The translations under genes and the position numbers were made by a program. DNA of 64,000 bases from Bugula neritina (Eukaryota > Animalia > Bryozoa): NCBI GenBank assembly GCA_964035545.1, contig OZ037772.1, positions 7,548,889 through 7,612,888 on the forward strand. Reading direction: 5' to 3'. This document shows, one piece after another, positions 27,101 through 40,400 of the stretch. Each line of letters opens with the position of its first letter. Position 1 is the stretch's first letter. The notes under the pieces are model-generated. The model was not told where the DNA came from. It searched no databases and saw only the letters and a list, made by a program, of their open reading frames with translations.

Positions 27101-28800
27101 TCTGAGCATTATAATGCATTATAATGCTATAACTATGGAGCTCAAACAAATTAACACATAACTATCTTTGTACATAAAGGCTAATTGTGGTATATGAGTG
27201 CAAGTTACAATTATTAAATCAGTTACCAGATAATGTTGTTAGTAAACCATATTATTCTTTAAACTTCTTTAAATTAGGTAGAAGTCCAGTACGACCTCTC
27301 TGCAGAAGAAATGCTCAGTTCCATATCTGAGTTCTCCAGATCAGAAGGACATGGTCCAATGGCTGCTTTGACTATCCTCTCTCATGGATATCAGAGAAAC
27401 ATAATGGGAGCTGATAGCCAATCTCTGTGTTCTGTACAGGAAGTAGTTGATTCATTCAACACTGGAAATGTTCAGAAAATAAAAAAGGTTTAAACATTAT
27501 GTTTTTATTTAAACTGTGAATTGTGACATCAATGCATGTTAAATGCATGAGTCGCTTTATTTCTGGTTATAATAAATTCTATTTAAGAACAAACCACACT
27601 TCATATTGCGCTTGGAGATTTTTTCAAACTTGTCCAATTATCATCAAAACATTTATGTTACACTTTGCTTGTTTGTTCTCTAGATACTTTTTCTGTCTTA
27701 CTGTTGCAGAGGTATTTTTCCTTGAATTCTATCTGTTTTGAAAGATTTTTGGCAACATTCTTCGGAAATGGAGTTGTCTGACCGAAATTGGAACAAAACA
27801 TAAATATATACCTACATGTGATCTTTAGGAACACTTGTATAATGTGATGATTATTTTAGCTCTTATTTCTGTCTTACTGCCGAGGAGGTATTCCCCCTCA
27901 GTACAACAGAACTCCACACAGCTTTCAGTCTAGTTCTGATTTTCCATGGCCAGAAAATGAGGTGTCAGTAATGTATCAACCTATAAGAGGAGGTTTGGGT
28001 GAAGCTTTGAGAAGGCAGGAGTGGAGCAGACTACCAACTTTCCCACCATTAGATGTTCCTGTAGACTGCTATATTATGTTCTCTACTCTACCAGACAGCA
28101 AGTATGCATAATTCGAACTGGGCACTAGTATCAACTTATACTTGAAATTTAATATTTTAGTTTATAGGCAGTAGAAGTTCTAGAAATTTACCTTTTGCGA
28201 AGTTTCAGCAAAGTGCTTCAATTTACCTTTCTAAACTTGAAAGTTTAAAAAGACTTTTAATGAAGCCCTCATTATAAAATTGATTGCACAGCTTTTTTAA
28301 TTTAGATTCATTAAAATTTACAAAAAGTGCTTTGAGTAAATAAAATCTTGTAAATTATTGTGTATATGTTATTTCTAGCAAATTTTCTAGCTATCGTCAA
28401 CATACTGCCTTGCATTTCTCAGTAACGATTCTCTAATGCACTCTACACAAATTCACCATGCAGGTCAAAGGCAGGACTGATGTTCGAATGTCTGTCAGAA
28501 CATCTGAGAGATCTGACCAGTGATTACAGAAGTAAACTATTGACACCTCCTACCAGCTCCTCTGATGACTCCACAGAGCAAACAGACAGATGGACGTCAA
28601 CGGATGACTCTGTGTTACCAGAGGAAAGAAAAGAAAAGCTGGTAATGAGAGTAAACCTGCTGGATTTACTCACAGATGTAGCTGGAATAATGAGAGATAC
28701 GTCCAGATCTACACAATATGCTAACTTATGTTATACTGTTGATAGAAACAGTCAACCGATCTTTATTGACATAGTTAGGCCCAGCTCAGAGTCAAAGTAA
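18120..28800 (+). CDS. Giant ankyrin-repeat / pseudo-caspase / caspase protein, copy B, about 2,888 aa (exons 18120-25418, 26048-26176, 26396-26502, 26614-26956, 27278-27487, 27860-28101, 28464-28800)
   Basis: 2452-aa ORF of ankyrin repeats (G-TALH-AA--G--DVVEYL). Strong phase-0 donor AAA|GTAAGT at 25419 joins in frame to six exons paralogous to copy A, with SKALIICNQF, TILSHG, KLLFLSYCRGG. In-frame stop at 18114 supports ATG 18120 as the start; acceptor at 18093 implies an upstream non-coding exon. Confidence 0.85.
18450..23340 (+). repeat. Coding tandem array with 216-bp period (two ankyrin repeats, 72 aa), plus 432-bp higher-order duplications
   Basis: GATGTGGTAGAATATCTCTGTAGTTTACCAGTGAAAGAT recurs every 216 nt; adjacent and non-adjacent units are near-identical at the DNA level. 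Confidence 0.95.
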
Positions 28801-31248
28801 TTTATATATGCGTCATACCTCTGATAGTAACAAAAAACCCTGTGATGTTCTTACTCTACCTACCTGATAGTGACACTGCTTTATAAGTTATACTGACACT
28901 CCATAAGAAATATTTGGAATTTTTGTTTAATTGTTTTACCTGTTTTTCACTTTGCCAGTTATAGTCAAGTGCTCTAGTAAAAACCCCTTTATCTAAACTA
29001 TTATGATATTTTTCCAGCCGCATTGCCATATGCTTTAAAATATTTGTCTTCAATCAGCAAAAGCATGTTAATTTGAGCTCTACAGTGCTTGCTACTGCAG
29101 TTTGTGGTATTTCAATTCATTGCAAGAATTTTACACAGTATGCCAGGTAACTGCACAGAGCTAGTTTAGTTGAAACTATTATTTTTATTTTATATTTAGG
29201 ATGCCTAGCTTTACTGTTTGCTCATATCAATATTGCAGTGACTGCTTTATATTTATATATAACTTGTTATTCAGCAATTTCATTTGTGTGATGACTTTTC
29301 CTTTGAGTTTAAGACATATTTTTATTGTATGGAGAAGCTACAATACTATTACTTAGATGTGCAGCAAATTCGTTATGCTACGTTTCCATGGAAGCTACAT
29401 TTTTCTAAAGATACTCTGCTTTATATTCTGTACAGAACTATACATAATATGCCAACATTCACTTTTTCTTATCCACTCTTTTCTACGATCTTTATTTAAT
29501 TGTTTCATTATCAAATGTTTGTAATTTATATATTTTTTATGGCTCAATCATATGAAGTATGTATCAGTATTTAAAAGGTTTATTACCAATATTATATTGT
29601 TCTGCATAATTAGATATGAATTAACAAATAATAATTTCATTTTGAGCAAATAATAATAATGTTTTTCTTTTAACCAAGTACGCAGGCTAATGTATAGACT
29701 TAGAGAAAAAGTCTAAACTCTCAGATAATAAAATACAAACATGGTTTGAAATGAAAAGTGGATCTGCTTAGTTTTGTTCTCCTTGATTAGTAAAATTCAG
29801 TAATGACAAGTCCAAACTGTAATTAAATAAATTCTACAAATATTCCACCAAGTAACTTATTTAAATAGAATACACACAGTTTGTGTGGTTGAGAGTGCGC
29901 TAATATATACTCTTTCAACTGTTTTTATATGTATAATGTTGTATCTTAGAATGTTTGGAATTTGTAGAATCAAAGTACAAAGAAACAAGTTTCTAATGTT
30001 GAAATCGTCTTCACTATTAAATTTGCTGATTATCCATAATTACAGATTTATAGATAAATATAAACCAACATATAAAACACTTTACGCCATGACTTCCCTG
30101 TTTGCTAACCTTACTAAAACTTACCAATCTGGTACTTTCACAGCTGACTGAATGTAAATCTGTATAGCTAATATTTGATTTTCTGTGCAATGAATTGTGA
30201 CATCTTTAGTATTCTGATAAGTTACAAACAGTGTATAATATACTTGCATACTGACATGACCTAAAGTTATGTCATAAAAAACATGCATATACAGATAACT
30301 GACATCAAGTTGAATGCTAGCCTTGTAATAAGGAGAGTTCCATGAGAATAATTTTGTCTCATTTTTGAAGAGTTGGTACAGCCCTAGAAAAATGTAGCTA
30401 AGCTAAGACAGCAGCTGTATAAGAAAGTTCTTTTTGAGCTTTTGGCATTCATAAATTTAGAGCAGAGCCATTAGTCTATATCCTTATGAATGAGAGTAAA
30501 AGGTTCAAAATTTGGCCCATTGGGGCCCCTTCACTCATTACCCTTTTTTATGAAGTTGGAGCAGAGCTATTATAAATTATAAACCCTCAAAGGATTCAGA
30601 TTTTCAAACTTTATTTGCATTCTCTTACTCAATATGTATTAATAAGGGAATAGGAAACCAACATATGTAACCCAGAAACTTTTGAATAAGAAAATGGTTG
30701 AGCATCCAATAATTTGATACGCTGGTTACTCAGGTTTGTAAAAGTGCAAACAAGATATGGGTTACATAAACCAGTACAGCCCTATATAATGTATACTTGA
30801 AACATAAACTAAAAAACAAACAAAATTCAAAGACCTTTAGTTATTTTTAGCACTGAATGCATTGAGAAGCATCAGTTGACTACTTGAGTTGAGGCTAGGC
30901 AAACATGTATTGAATAAAGAGCATACCTAGCCCCCCAAACAATAAACAAAGAATAGATTAAGAACCAGAACTAAATAAAGTGCAAAATTATACTAGATAT
31001 ATCTGGTATACTCCGGCAGCTTGTTTATGTTGTAGCGGGCCGGCTTATACACTGTATACTTTACACCAAAATTGTTAAGTAATAGAAGTTCCAACTAATA
31101 CTCTTTAATGCTAATCTCATAAGCAGTTACTCTAGGTAATCAGAATGATAATAGTAGTTTCAACTCATACACAATATACGGGCTACTATACCAGGTTTTC
31201 AGAGTGACTAATAGCTTTTTATTCAATGAAAAGAGTAGAAGTCATTTC

Positions 31249-34200
31249 ATGGAACTTCAAAAATTGCTTAATGTTTATTGCAAGGTGAGTCATACATCTT
31301 CATATTAAGGAATGGACCTTGCTGCTGTATACGAGTCATCATCTCAAAATTGGTGTGCAGATCCAGTTTCTAAAACCTCTACTACTGAAGCTGCTTCAGA
31401 TAATGATTATATTGCTTTTTTATATGTTGCTTGTGGTATTCAGTGACAGAGAATTTGAGTAATTTATTATTTTTCTCCAACAGTTACATATCTGTCATTG
31501 AGCGATTGAGCATGAAGTACTTCCCAATGTAAATTTTGTAAAAATATGAATAAATGAGGTTAAAGACCATGTCAAGTGTGGACACCGAACTTTTGTTAAG
31601 CCTTTTAATTTACTTTCCACAAAGGAGTAGCCATGGTTCAGGTATTAGATCATTTGCCTAGTATAAACACAAAGTCATGGGTCCGAACCTGGACAAAAGC
31701 CATTAGTGATGTTAAGAAGAGCATCCAGTCATAATTGCTCCTGTGCCTCATTTAAATAAGTCCTTAGCCCGCTTTTCCAAAAACCCTTTCCATTAAAGGT
31801 TCCCGCGAGGATAGTGACTACACACTTGCGTGAGCTTGTAAGTTATTCTCCATGGCAATAAAAAAAGCTAAAATTCTTCGACTGATCAGTTCTTTGCATA
31901 CTGTTTATCAAACATATTTTATTGAGTTTGTATTAACACCTAACATACAAGACTCTTGTGGACTAGATTATTAATAATATAGTAAAACTCACACTTTAAC
32001 TTTTGCATCTGCTCAGCTAATATTTAAGAATTAGGGGAAATGGAACATCACCAATAGTTAAAACTAAACAAGAGTGTCTTACAATGATGCCATTCTTTCA
32101 ACAAATTGACCTATAATGTAAAGGTCAAATATTAAGGTCTAATGTAAAAGTTAAATTTTAAGAAACTATAAAAGAGCTTATCACATTTGATTTGAAAAAT
32201 AAATAGCAGTTTGAAGTATAAAGATGCAAACCTTATTGTTGATTACCAGGCAAACATGATAGTTTCATCTATATATAGTAAACTCTAAGTAACCTGTTAC
32301 ATGGGAACTTATGATCATAGGACACAATCATGCTCACAAGACAAAAAACTATTGTATTCTAATTAGTATGCTGATTTAAAAATACCAAAATACTATAACT
32401 TTTGTCATATGTCTGGGTGCACAGTTTAATGCCAAAGAACATATCTTTAATTCAATAATACCTTCTAAACACAATAACTGTTGGAAATATTTGCTGCATT
32501 TTTAAAATAATTTTGCTTTTCTAGAATAAAAAAACATTAGAAATATTAAAATAACAAGGTCTAAACAACTTTTGTTACGAAGTGGAAGAAATGCTACTGT
32601 CACACTCTACTACACTAGTAAGCGCAGTAAATTATATACGTTGTCATCAAAAGAAATCATGAGTATTTGTCAAAAAATGTTTAATAATTACAAAGCATTA
32701 TTGTTATAAATTTCCTGTAATATAGGAAGTGTGATTAGTAATAAATATGTGTAAAATATGTTGTTAAAGGATTGCTCTATCTTGTCTAATAAATGGCCAT
32801 TTAGGTCAAACACACATAATATTGTGTTTTTCTAAGCATGCATTGACAAAAAGCATTTGACCAAAGGTAGAAAAAGTTAGTTGAAGTTGAGGGTGTAGAT
32901 TGGTAACAGCCAAAACGCCGATTTTGAAATGAGCTGGGAAATGTGACGTAACAGCGCCAGCATTCCTGCTGGTCACGTGACTATACAAATGAATAACTAT
33001 AGAAATATGACTGTGAGATGTGATCTTTCAGCTCGTAATTTGTATATTTATAGAAGTGTAAATGTGAATTATCTCAATCTATAGTTTTTTGACATTTTAA
33101 ATAACATGTATGTGATAACATTAGGCCATATTTTGCTTGTAAACATAAAAAAAAGCATTGCAAAAACATGCATTCTTTAGGATGAATGCCTGCGATCGAT
33201 CTAAACTAGGTCAGATTGTGCAATATTACGGGCGCACCAAAGCTGACCTATATAGCGCACTGTAACTGCTTGAGCGTTATTGGTTGATGTTGCGCTCAGC
33301 AACCTTGAATACTAGCGTTATAGTTAGCACGTGCAGCATAGTTACTGGCGTTCACTCGTCACGTATTAGGCTATTCTTTTTCATGGCTGAAAATTTTACC
33401 TCCCTCAAAATTGGAATTTTGAAAAGCTGTTTTCTAGGCATATATCCCTTTGCAAAGTCACAATTGTTTGCATACACATTAGATTATAGTTCATAATTAT
33501 AATGTGATTGTAATAAACTAAGATAGAGCAATCCTTTAAGGGTAGTGCTGAGAGTTACCAGTAATCTTTGTAGAAGTCTTGAGTTAAAATCTAAGCAGGG
33601 CTGTCATTTCTTTTATACATGTAGGAATCTGCTAAGTAAATAATTTAATGCCCAATGGTACTCCTTAACCAATTTACTAGAACTGAAAAAGTAAAATAAA
33701 TGTAAAGTAAAAAGATTAAATAGATTTCTGCGATACTTTGAATTTGTATTTTTTTTATACCGGTATGTTTTAGATTTTTATGCATGGTAGCTGTTGTTGC
33801 ATTTCATACTGTATAATTATTACTTTCTAGGTTTTGGCTATTATATTATTAAAGCTGAGTAGCGGAACAGTGATATTCTCTAGTGACGTTGCAGGGTATG
33901 TTTCTGACCAGTAGTTACTATTCTCACCTCACCTATCTCTGCTTTGTCTTGTTTGGGTAGTGGGTTGACCAATAGTTACTATGATATGTTTCAACTGCAA
34001 ATCACAAACGCACACACGCACACACGCACACACGCACACAAACACACACAGGCACACACGCACACAGGCACAGACACACGCACGCACGCACGCACGCACG
34101 CACACACACAGACACATGTATATATAAATATGTAAGCATTCTTATAGTAACATAGTAAAACTTCTAATTTTCAGATTACGATTTAAAAGTCTGTCTCGCC

Positions 34201-36869
34201 AAAATTCTGAAAGGCAATTGAAGGGCACATACAGGTACCTTGCCACAGACACATTTATTCCAGGAAATTTTCTCGTTGTCATAGGAGATGCTCTTTACAC
34301 AACTACCAATTTCCAAGATAGACATCTGATAGCTGGAAATTCTCAAGAGTCTGGATACGTGGACGGTGCTGGCAGAAACTCGAAGTTTAACTCCATATCT
34401 GGAATAATACAGGCTCCGGATGACCCCAACTCAGTATGGATATCTGACTATTCTAACAACTGTATAAGGATTTTATATCGCCTTTGGAACACAACAAGTT
34501 ATTTGACGGGCAAGTGCTTGGAGAATCACGCACGAGATGGTGATTTTAAAAATGCAGGCATTGGCCAACCTTTTGAACTGCTTCTAGACACAAATAGAAA
34601 AGTCTATTTTTATGACAACACAGCATTAACAATCAGATGTTTGATATTGCAAAATTCAGTATGGAAAGTGAAGACTCTATATTCTTTTGGCCACCATGTT
34701 ATTGGGCTGGGATTGAACCCATCTGGATTATTAATGTATATCTCTCACTCAATGGGTGTCACTCAAGTTTGCTTAGTGTGCGGCAATCTGGAATCTCTGC
34801 TCATAGTGAAAAAAAGTCAAAAACATAATGACGGAGATTTAGAGTACTCAGCAGTGAAATCAGTCGAGCACTTCTTGTTTCTTGACAACTACAACTTCCT
34901 GTTAGCTGATACGGGAAATAACGTGATTCGAGTTGTCAATCTTAGAGACTCAACAATAAGCAGTCTATGTCGGCCACAGTCTTCATATACAATCACCGAA
35001 CAATCTGGAGGTATCACCACTTGCAAATTAAAATTTCCCATACATCTAGTGAATGCTGAACACCTCAACCGTGTCATTGTTTTGGGCTTTGACAGTTTTT
35101 ACATACTCAACTATGGTGAGAATATTATAACACCAAATTGCATATAACTAACTTTAGAGGATTTTTGAAAACTAAGTGCAAAAGCAAGTTATATAAATTT
35201 TGTTACAATTCATTTCCCACTTAGCTTGTATACTTATATAGTGATTGAGCTTTTTAACTCTGATTATAAACTCACACTGCTTGCACTATGCAAAATTCGT
35301 GACTCCTATATAGTCACTTGGGATTTTTGGCTTGAGAATCTTGCACATATTTAAATAAGTAAAAACATAAGTTTCTACTACTGCCAAATTGCAGACCATG
35401 GTACTCTGTTTTGTGTTAATGAAGGGATTAACCCTGAAACGGCTGCTGTACATAATTTAAAGTATATAACATAATTGTATTGAAAATACGAGGAGTATAT
35501 GAGTTGTTTTCTCAATGAGAAATATATTAATAATAATGAGATGAGGGCAATTAGCATCTGTCAGTGTTGACATTGCATAGCATCTTTAGTGCTGGTGTCT
35601 TGTATGTCTAGCCATTGGACTCTTGGTGTTGTTATCTGAGTCAAATGTCGGTCTGGTATTAATGTTTTGCCTCCATTCTGCACAATCATAAGAGAGTGTG
35701 GTAAAGCTGCTGAGAATATTTTGAACTGCATCTTTTTCAGATATTATCAGTCAACTGACCAAGCCCAAGCCTTTGACAACTGTAACCAGAACTACTACAA
35801 CTACAACCAGAAAAGATACAAAAACATCAACTAAATCAACAGATAGATCAACATCACCAAATATAACATCCACTTTTTCCATTTTCTCCGACCAATATTT
35901 CTTGCTGATTTTAGCAGCTCTTGCATCTCTAGGCTTTCTCACTCTGGTACTCATCGTTCTGGTAGCAGTGATGACGTTTACTAACTGTTCCGAAAAGCGT
36001 AGAAGTATGTTTTTGCACACTTTTGATGCTCATTTATATTACTTAGACTTGTGGAAAAATGTTGCTATATATTATAGTTCCGTTTTATCGTAGTACCATG
36101 CGGTGTAATGTCATTCACAGGCAATGGTTACTGCATATAATTTTATCGTATCAATCCTTCAATCAGACGGAATATTGTTGATGAAATTATTACCAGTTGA
36201 TAAATCAGTTTTCATTATTTTCATTATTTCTCAACTTTCTTAGCCATACCTGAGTTAAATTTTATACTTAAATGTCAAATAGAAGTAAGTTTTTTGACAG
36301 AAAACATGTTGAATGAGTTTATAGATGAAGTATTGAAAATGAAAATCCAAGTCTAGTTTTGTTGACGAAACTATAAATGAAAGATTTTTTTAAAAAAATT
36401 AGCGATATATTTTAACCTACTTTAACCTGCTTCAACTATCAATTTTTTTTCGTGGATATCTTAGTTTTTAGTTAAAGTTTATTTTAAAAATTTAAAATGT
36501 TCTGATAAAAATATATAACAGCATATTGAAATTATTAAGCTAATTAGTTTTTTAATGATTGAGTTGCAAAATTAGGGAAACCTGAATTTTTACTTGTATT
36601 TTTTAGTGAATTGTACTTTAACTCTCTAAAAAGATGTTTTTGTATTTCAATTATGTTTAAACATTTTACGATCATAAAATCCACAGCTCTAACGTGATTT
36701 AAACTAGATGCGTTTAATCATTTGTTTAGATTCCAAGGACAGAAAAGTCACCCTGACTTTTAACATGTCTGTAAGTTCATCCACATTGGATCTCATACAT
36801 TCGTCAACTGTTGGGAAGTCGTACACAGGCACTCCTATGACTGAAACTTACTACAAAATATCTTCATAG
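31249..36869 (+). CDS. NHL-repeat beta-propeller type I membrane protein, copy 1, about 481 aa (exons 31249-31284, 33831-33895, 34175-35115, 35741-36004, 36730-36869)
   Basis: Exon phases join (0,2,1,1). Signal-like [24 protein letters not shown]; NHL motifs IAG..SGYVDG...[31 protein letters not shown]; Thr-rich stalk; [28 protein letters not shown]; Ser/Thr/Tyr tail. First exon is the least certain. Confidence 0.8.
31624..31834 (+). mobile_element. tRNA-derived SINE, copy 2 (intron 1 of NHL copy 1)
   Basis: Colinear with 9703-9914. Confidence 0.8.
34007..34117. repeat. (CA)/(CACG) microsatellite
   Basis: Directly visible. Confidence 0.9.
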
Positions 36870-37299
36870 TACCTCCACTTACTTCTCATCTGTAAATAAA
36901 AGATACTGTTCTAATTGTGTTATCTCTCACCTTATTCTGTCCAAACAGACACCAACTACAAAATATATCTGTAAAACTTCTGCTTCTTATTCATCTGTAA
37001 ATAATGAACTCTCTTTCATTCACTCATCTTTTCTGAGCGGACAGTAACTACAAAATATCTAGTTATTCATCTGTATATAATATAAGATACTGTTTAAACC
37101 TGCATAAATCTCTTATATATTGCACAGAGAGTAGCATGATTATCAACCGTTATGACATTTTCTACTTAGCTGTCACTGTATATAAAATATATACTGCTAA
37201 ATCTGTATTGTGTCTTATCTGTTATCAATCTGTATAAAAACACTGCTGCTTATGTCCCAGACAATTCTGTAGCACTCCCTGTTTCTCATCTATCTGTAC

Positions 37300-37465
37300 A
37301 GAGAGTAGAACTACTATTGATCTGCTATAACAGATGTAGCTGAAGTAATGAGAGAGAAGTTTAAATCTAAACAATGTTTTTACTTATGTTACTCTGTCAA
37401 TAAAAACAGCAAGCAGATTTTCATTGTAAATAGATACAGCAAACAGATTTACGTTGATATTTTGC
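37300..37465 (+). pseudogene. Decayed relic of the last caspase exon, downstream of the NHL copy 1 stop codon
   Basis: ACAGATGTAGCTGAAGTAATGAGAGA...ACTTATGTTACTCTGTCAATAAAAACAGC aligns with 3748-3830 and 28672-28755 (TDVAGIMRD...LCYTVDRNSQPIF); contains a stop. Confidence 0.78.
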
Positions 37466-40400
37466 TGATTAAAATTAGCTCTTATTATTTAATTCATGTT
37501 TACTGATTATGCAATATTAAAATATCTATAGTTTAGAAATAAAAATTGACTTTACCTTTTTCTATTTGATTTGTTTTTGCTGCAGCAGAATTTTTCAAAT
37601 CGATTTTTTTTTTCTTAAATAATCATTTCAACTTTTAACATTAATAAAAACAAAGTAATTGCTACAATTGCAACATCAGCATGATATTGTTAATAATATT
37701 TTACTTTTTATGTCATTATTTCTGTTAAAATTTTCTCAACGAGTAAAACTTTTTATGGAAACCCTATTGCTAGATTCTTATAAGATGCAACTAATAATAA
37801 GTGCTATTTGCATCTCAACAATATAGCTTTGTTGGTAAGAAAAAACATTAACAATTGATTGTGTAAATGAGTGAAATACTTGTTACCTTTGATTTTTATA
37901 TATTTCCCTTTTTATAAGAAACTATCATTAGAGAATGTGATTTAAGTTTTCTTGTTTTGTAAAAGTTTAAAAGACAGTAACAGACTTGTAATGTTATCAC
38001 CATTGAATCTAGTAAGCAAAGTACAATATTATTTTTGTAATGATGATTGAAGTTCCAAATGATTTGCTTTAAGTAAATAGTATCTCCTTTTGAATGTACA
38101 CTGTAACAAGCAAAGTTTACAAAAAAAAACAACCTATCAATTTTAAATATAAAATAACCATGGTTCTGCTATCAATAATTTGAAGAAAGTATTTTTGTAA
38201 AAGGCAAAATAATTTTCACTAGATAAATGGTTGGAGAAAATGATATTCCACTTGTTTCAAAACATTTTCAATTTTTCTAAAAATGACAATTTTTTGGGCA
38301 TCAAAGACAATAGAATTAGGTGTACGTTACTTGATAAGAACTATAAAATAAAATCTAGATATTTTAATTTATTACTTTTTTATATGCAATGCATTACTTT
38401 GTATAGTTAGACAAGTATGTACATATGTGTGCAAACATAGTTCAAGAAAGATTTGAGAACACATATTTATGTCTTTCCAGATCACAGTTATTATATCATT
38501 GGATGCCAGTTATGGTGAAGTAAGTTTTCTTGATGAAGTAGGAGGGTAAGGTTTATACTCGACGAGAAAGCCACAATCTTTTGAAAATCTCACCTCTAAC
38601 AAACAATAGACAACTTAAAATTAGCTAATAACTATAATGCTTAAAATTGCTTATTGCAATTGCAAACAATACCGGAAGTGTATAACACTAAAAAAATAGT
38701 GTAGCGACTTAAAAAATTTCAGATTTCTATAACATTTTTCCAAGCTTTTATTCATTTCAACTCTTTTTCATCTAATAAGTAAAATTTACTCTATATCAGC
38801 TTCTCAATGCTTTGCATTACTTGTTGAAATAGCACTAAATATTTATAAATATATAATGCAATAATATTTCTTTCGTTGTAATAATTAAATTAGTATATAT
38901 GACTTCAGAGTTGGTTAAAATGTTACCCCAGTCCGCAAATCTCAAATACTTAGCGAAAAGATTGGAAATTATCAAATGTTTTCAACTAAAATTTTAAAAG
39001 TCTAAAAAGCTATTACTGTGCTATAAAAATATTTTTAGTACTCAAACTTAATTACAAATTGCAAATAATATGTTTGCATAAATTCAATCAGATGTTTGTA
39101 TCTGATTTGCAAATTTTTAAGATGACATTTTTCAAAGGTGATCTTATATGCCTTTTGACTCTTTTGATATATCTAATTTAGATGTAATTTTAATTCAATA
39201 GAGCAGCTAACTTAAGTAAAGTAATTTACTAGAATTTTGTCAACACTTTCTTTGATAAGTTAAACATTATGTCTATTATTTTCTTGGTTTGCTTCAATCA
39301 TTTGGATTTTTCCAAGGTTCAAAGGCACTGCATGAAAAGGAACTTTAAGTTTCGAACAAACTGCAGTTTATTATATTAGATTATGTATGAAAATCTAAGA
39401 CTGAATTTGTATTTGACTCCTTGAAAACAGTGAAGCTGTGAATGATTGTTGACAGATTTCAATTTATGAAAATTTATAAAACATCTAAATTTATTGCTCA
39501 GTATATAGTGGTATGCAATAAATGACTGTCGAAGTAAAAAAGTTCAGTCGACTTTTTTGTTTACTGAAATTTGTTAACTCTTTTTTCAATTGCAAAAGCT
39601 GCATAATAGTAAAATATGATTTATTTTATGTTCATTGAGAGTTTAAAGAATCTGAAAAAATTAGCAGTTTAACTCAGGCTAAAACTGTTGATAAGTGCCC
39701 AGTAGGCCTTTTTATTAATCCAAATGATTTTTTGACTAACATCTCAAAGGTAAAAACTCACACCTTTGAATCAGTTAAACAAAGACAAACAGAGATCTCC
39801 AATTACAACAATTTGTGAAATATTTTATTATTTTAGATTAAAATTTGAAAACGTATCATTGAAATATGTTGTCAACAGAACAAGTATCTCTTCACCGAAT
39901 ACCTACAGATACATTACAGTAGACTCATATGTTCCAGGAAACTTTCTCATTGTCAAAGGAAACGCTCTTTATACAACGGATTTTCAAAGTACGACTCTCG
40001 TTGTTGGACAGGAGCAAGGGTTTGGTTTTAGGAACAGCGTAAGAGGCAAAGCAAGGTTTCATTCTATTACGGGAGTTATCTCCTCTCCTGTTGAGTCGCA
40101 CTCAGTATGGGTAGCAGACTACCTAAACGGCTGCATCAGAAAAATCAACCGTGCTAAAAACCAAGTGAGTGAGTTGACAGGGGGCTGTCTACAGTATATC
40201 TATTATCCTATACCACTATAAAAGTCGTAGAGAACTTCGGGTCAATCAGTGGTAATGGGATTTGTATTACATTATATAGATTTCGTCAACGATCCTAGCC
40301 TAATGAGGCGCAATTGAAATAAGTAATTGATTGGCTGGAGGTACAACCAGTTCAACTTCATTGGTTAGGCAACGATCGTAACAACTAAAACAAGTGGTGG

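Noticed and set aside
37755-37834. Candidate first exon of NHL copy 2
   Set aside because: A donor exists at 37835 but no ATG reaches it in the required phase without a stop.
40192-40230. Helitron-like 5' end (TCTATTATCCTATA...)
   Set aside because: The insertion has an 8-bp TSD and TIRs, which Helitrons lack.
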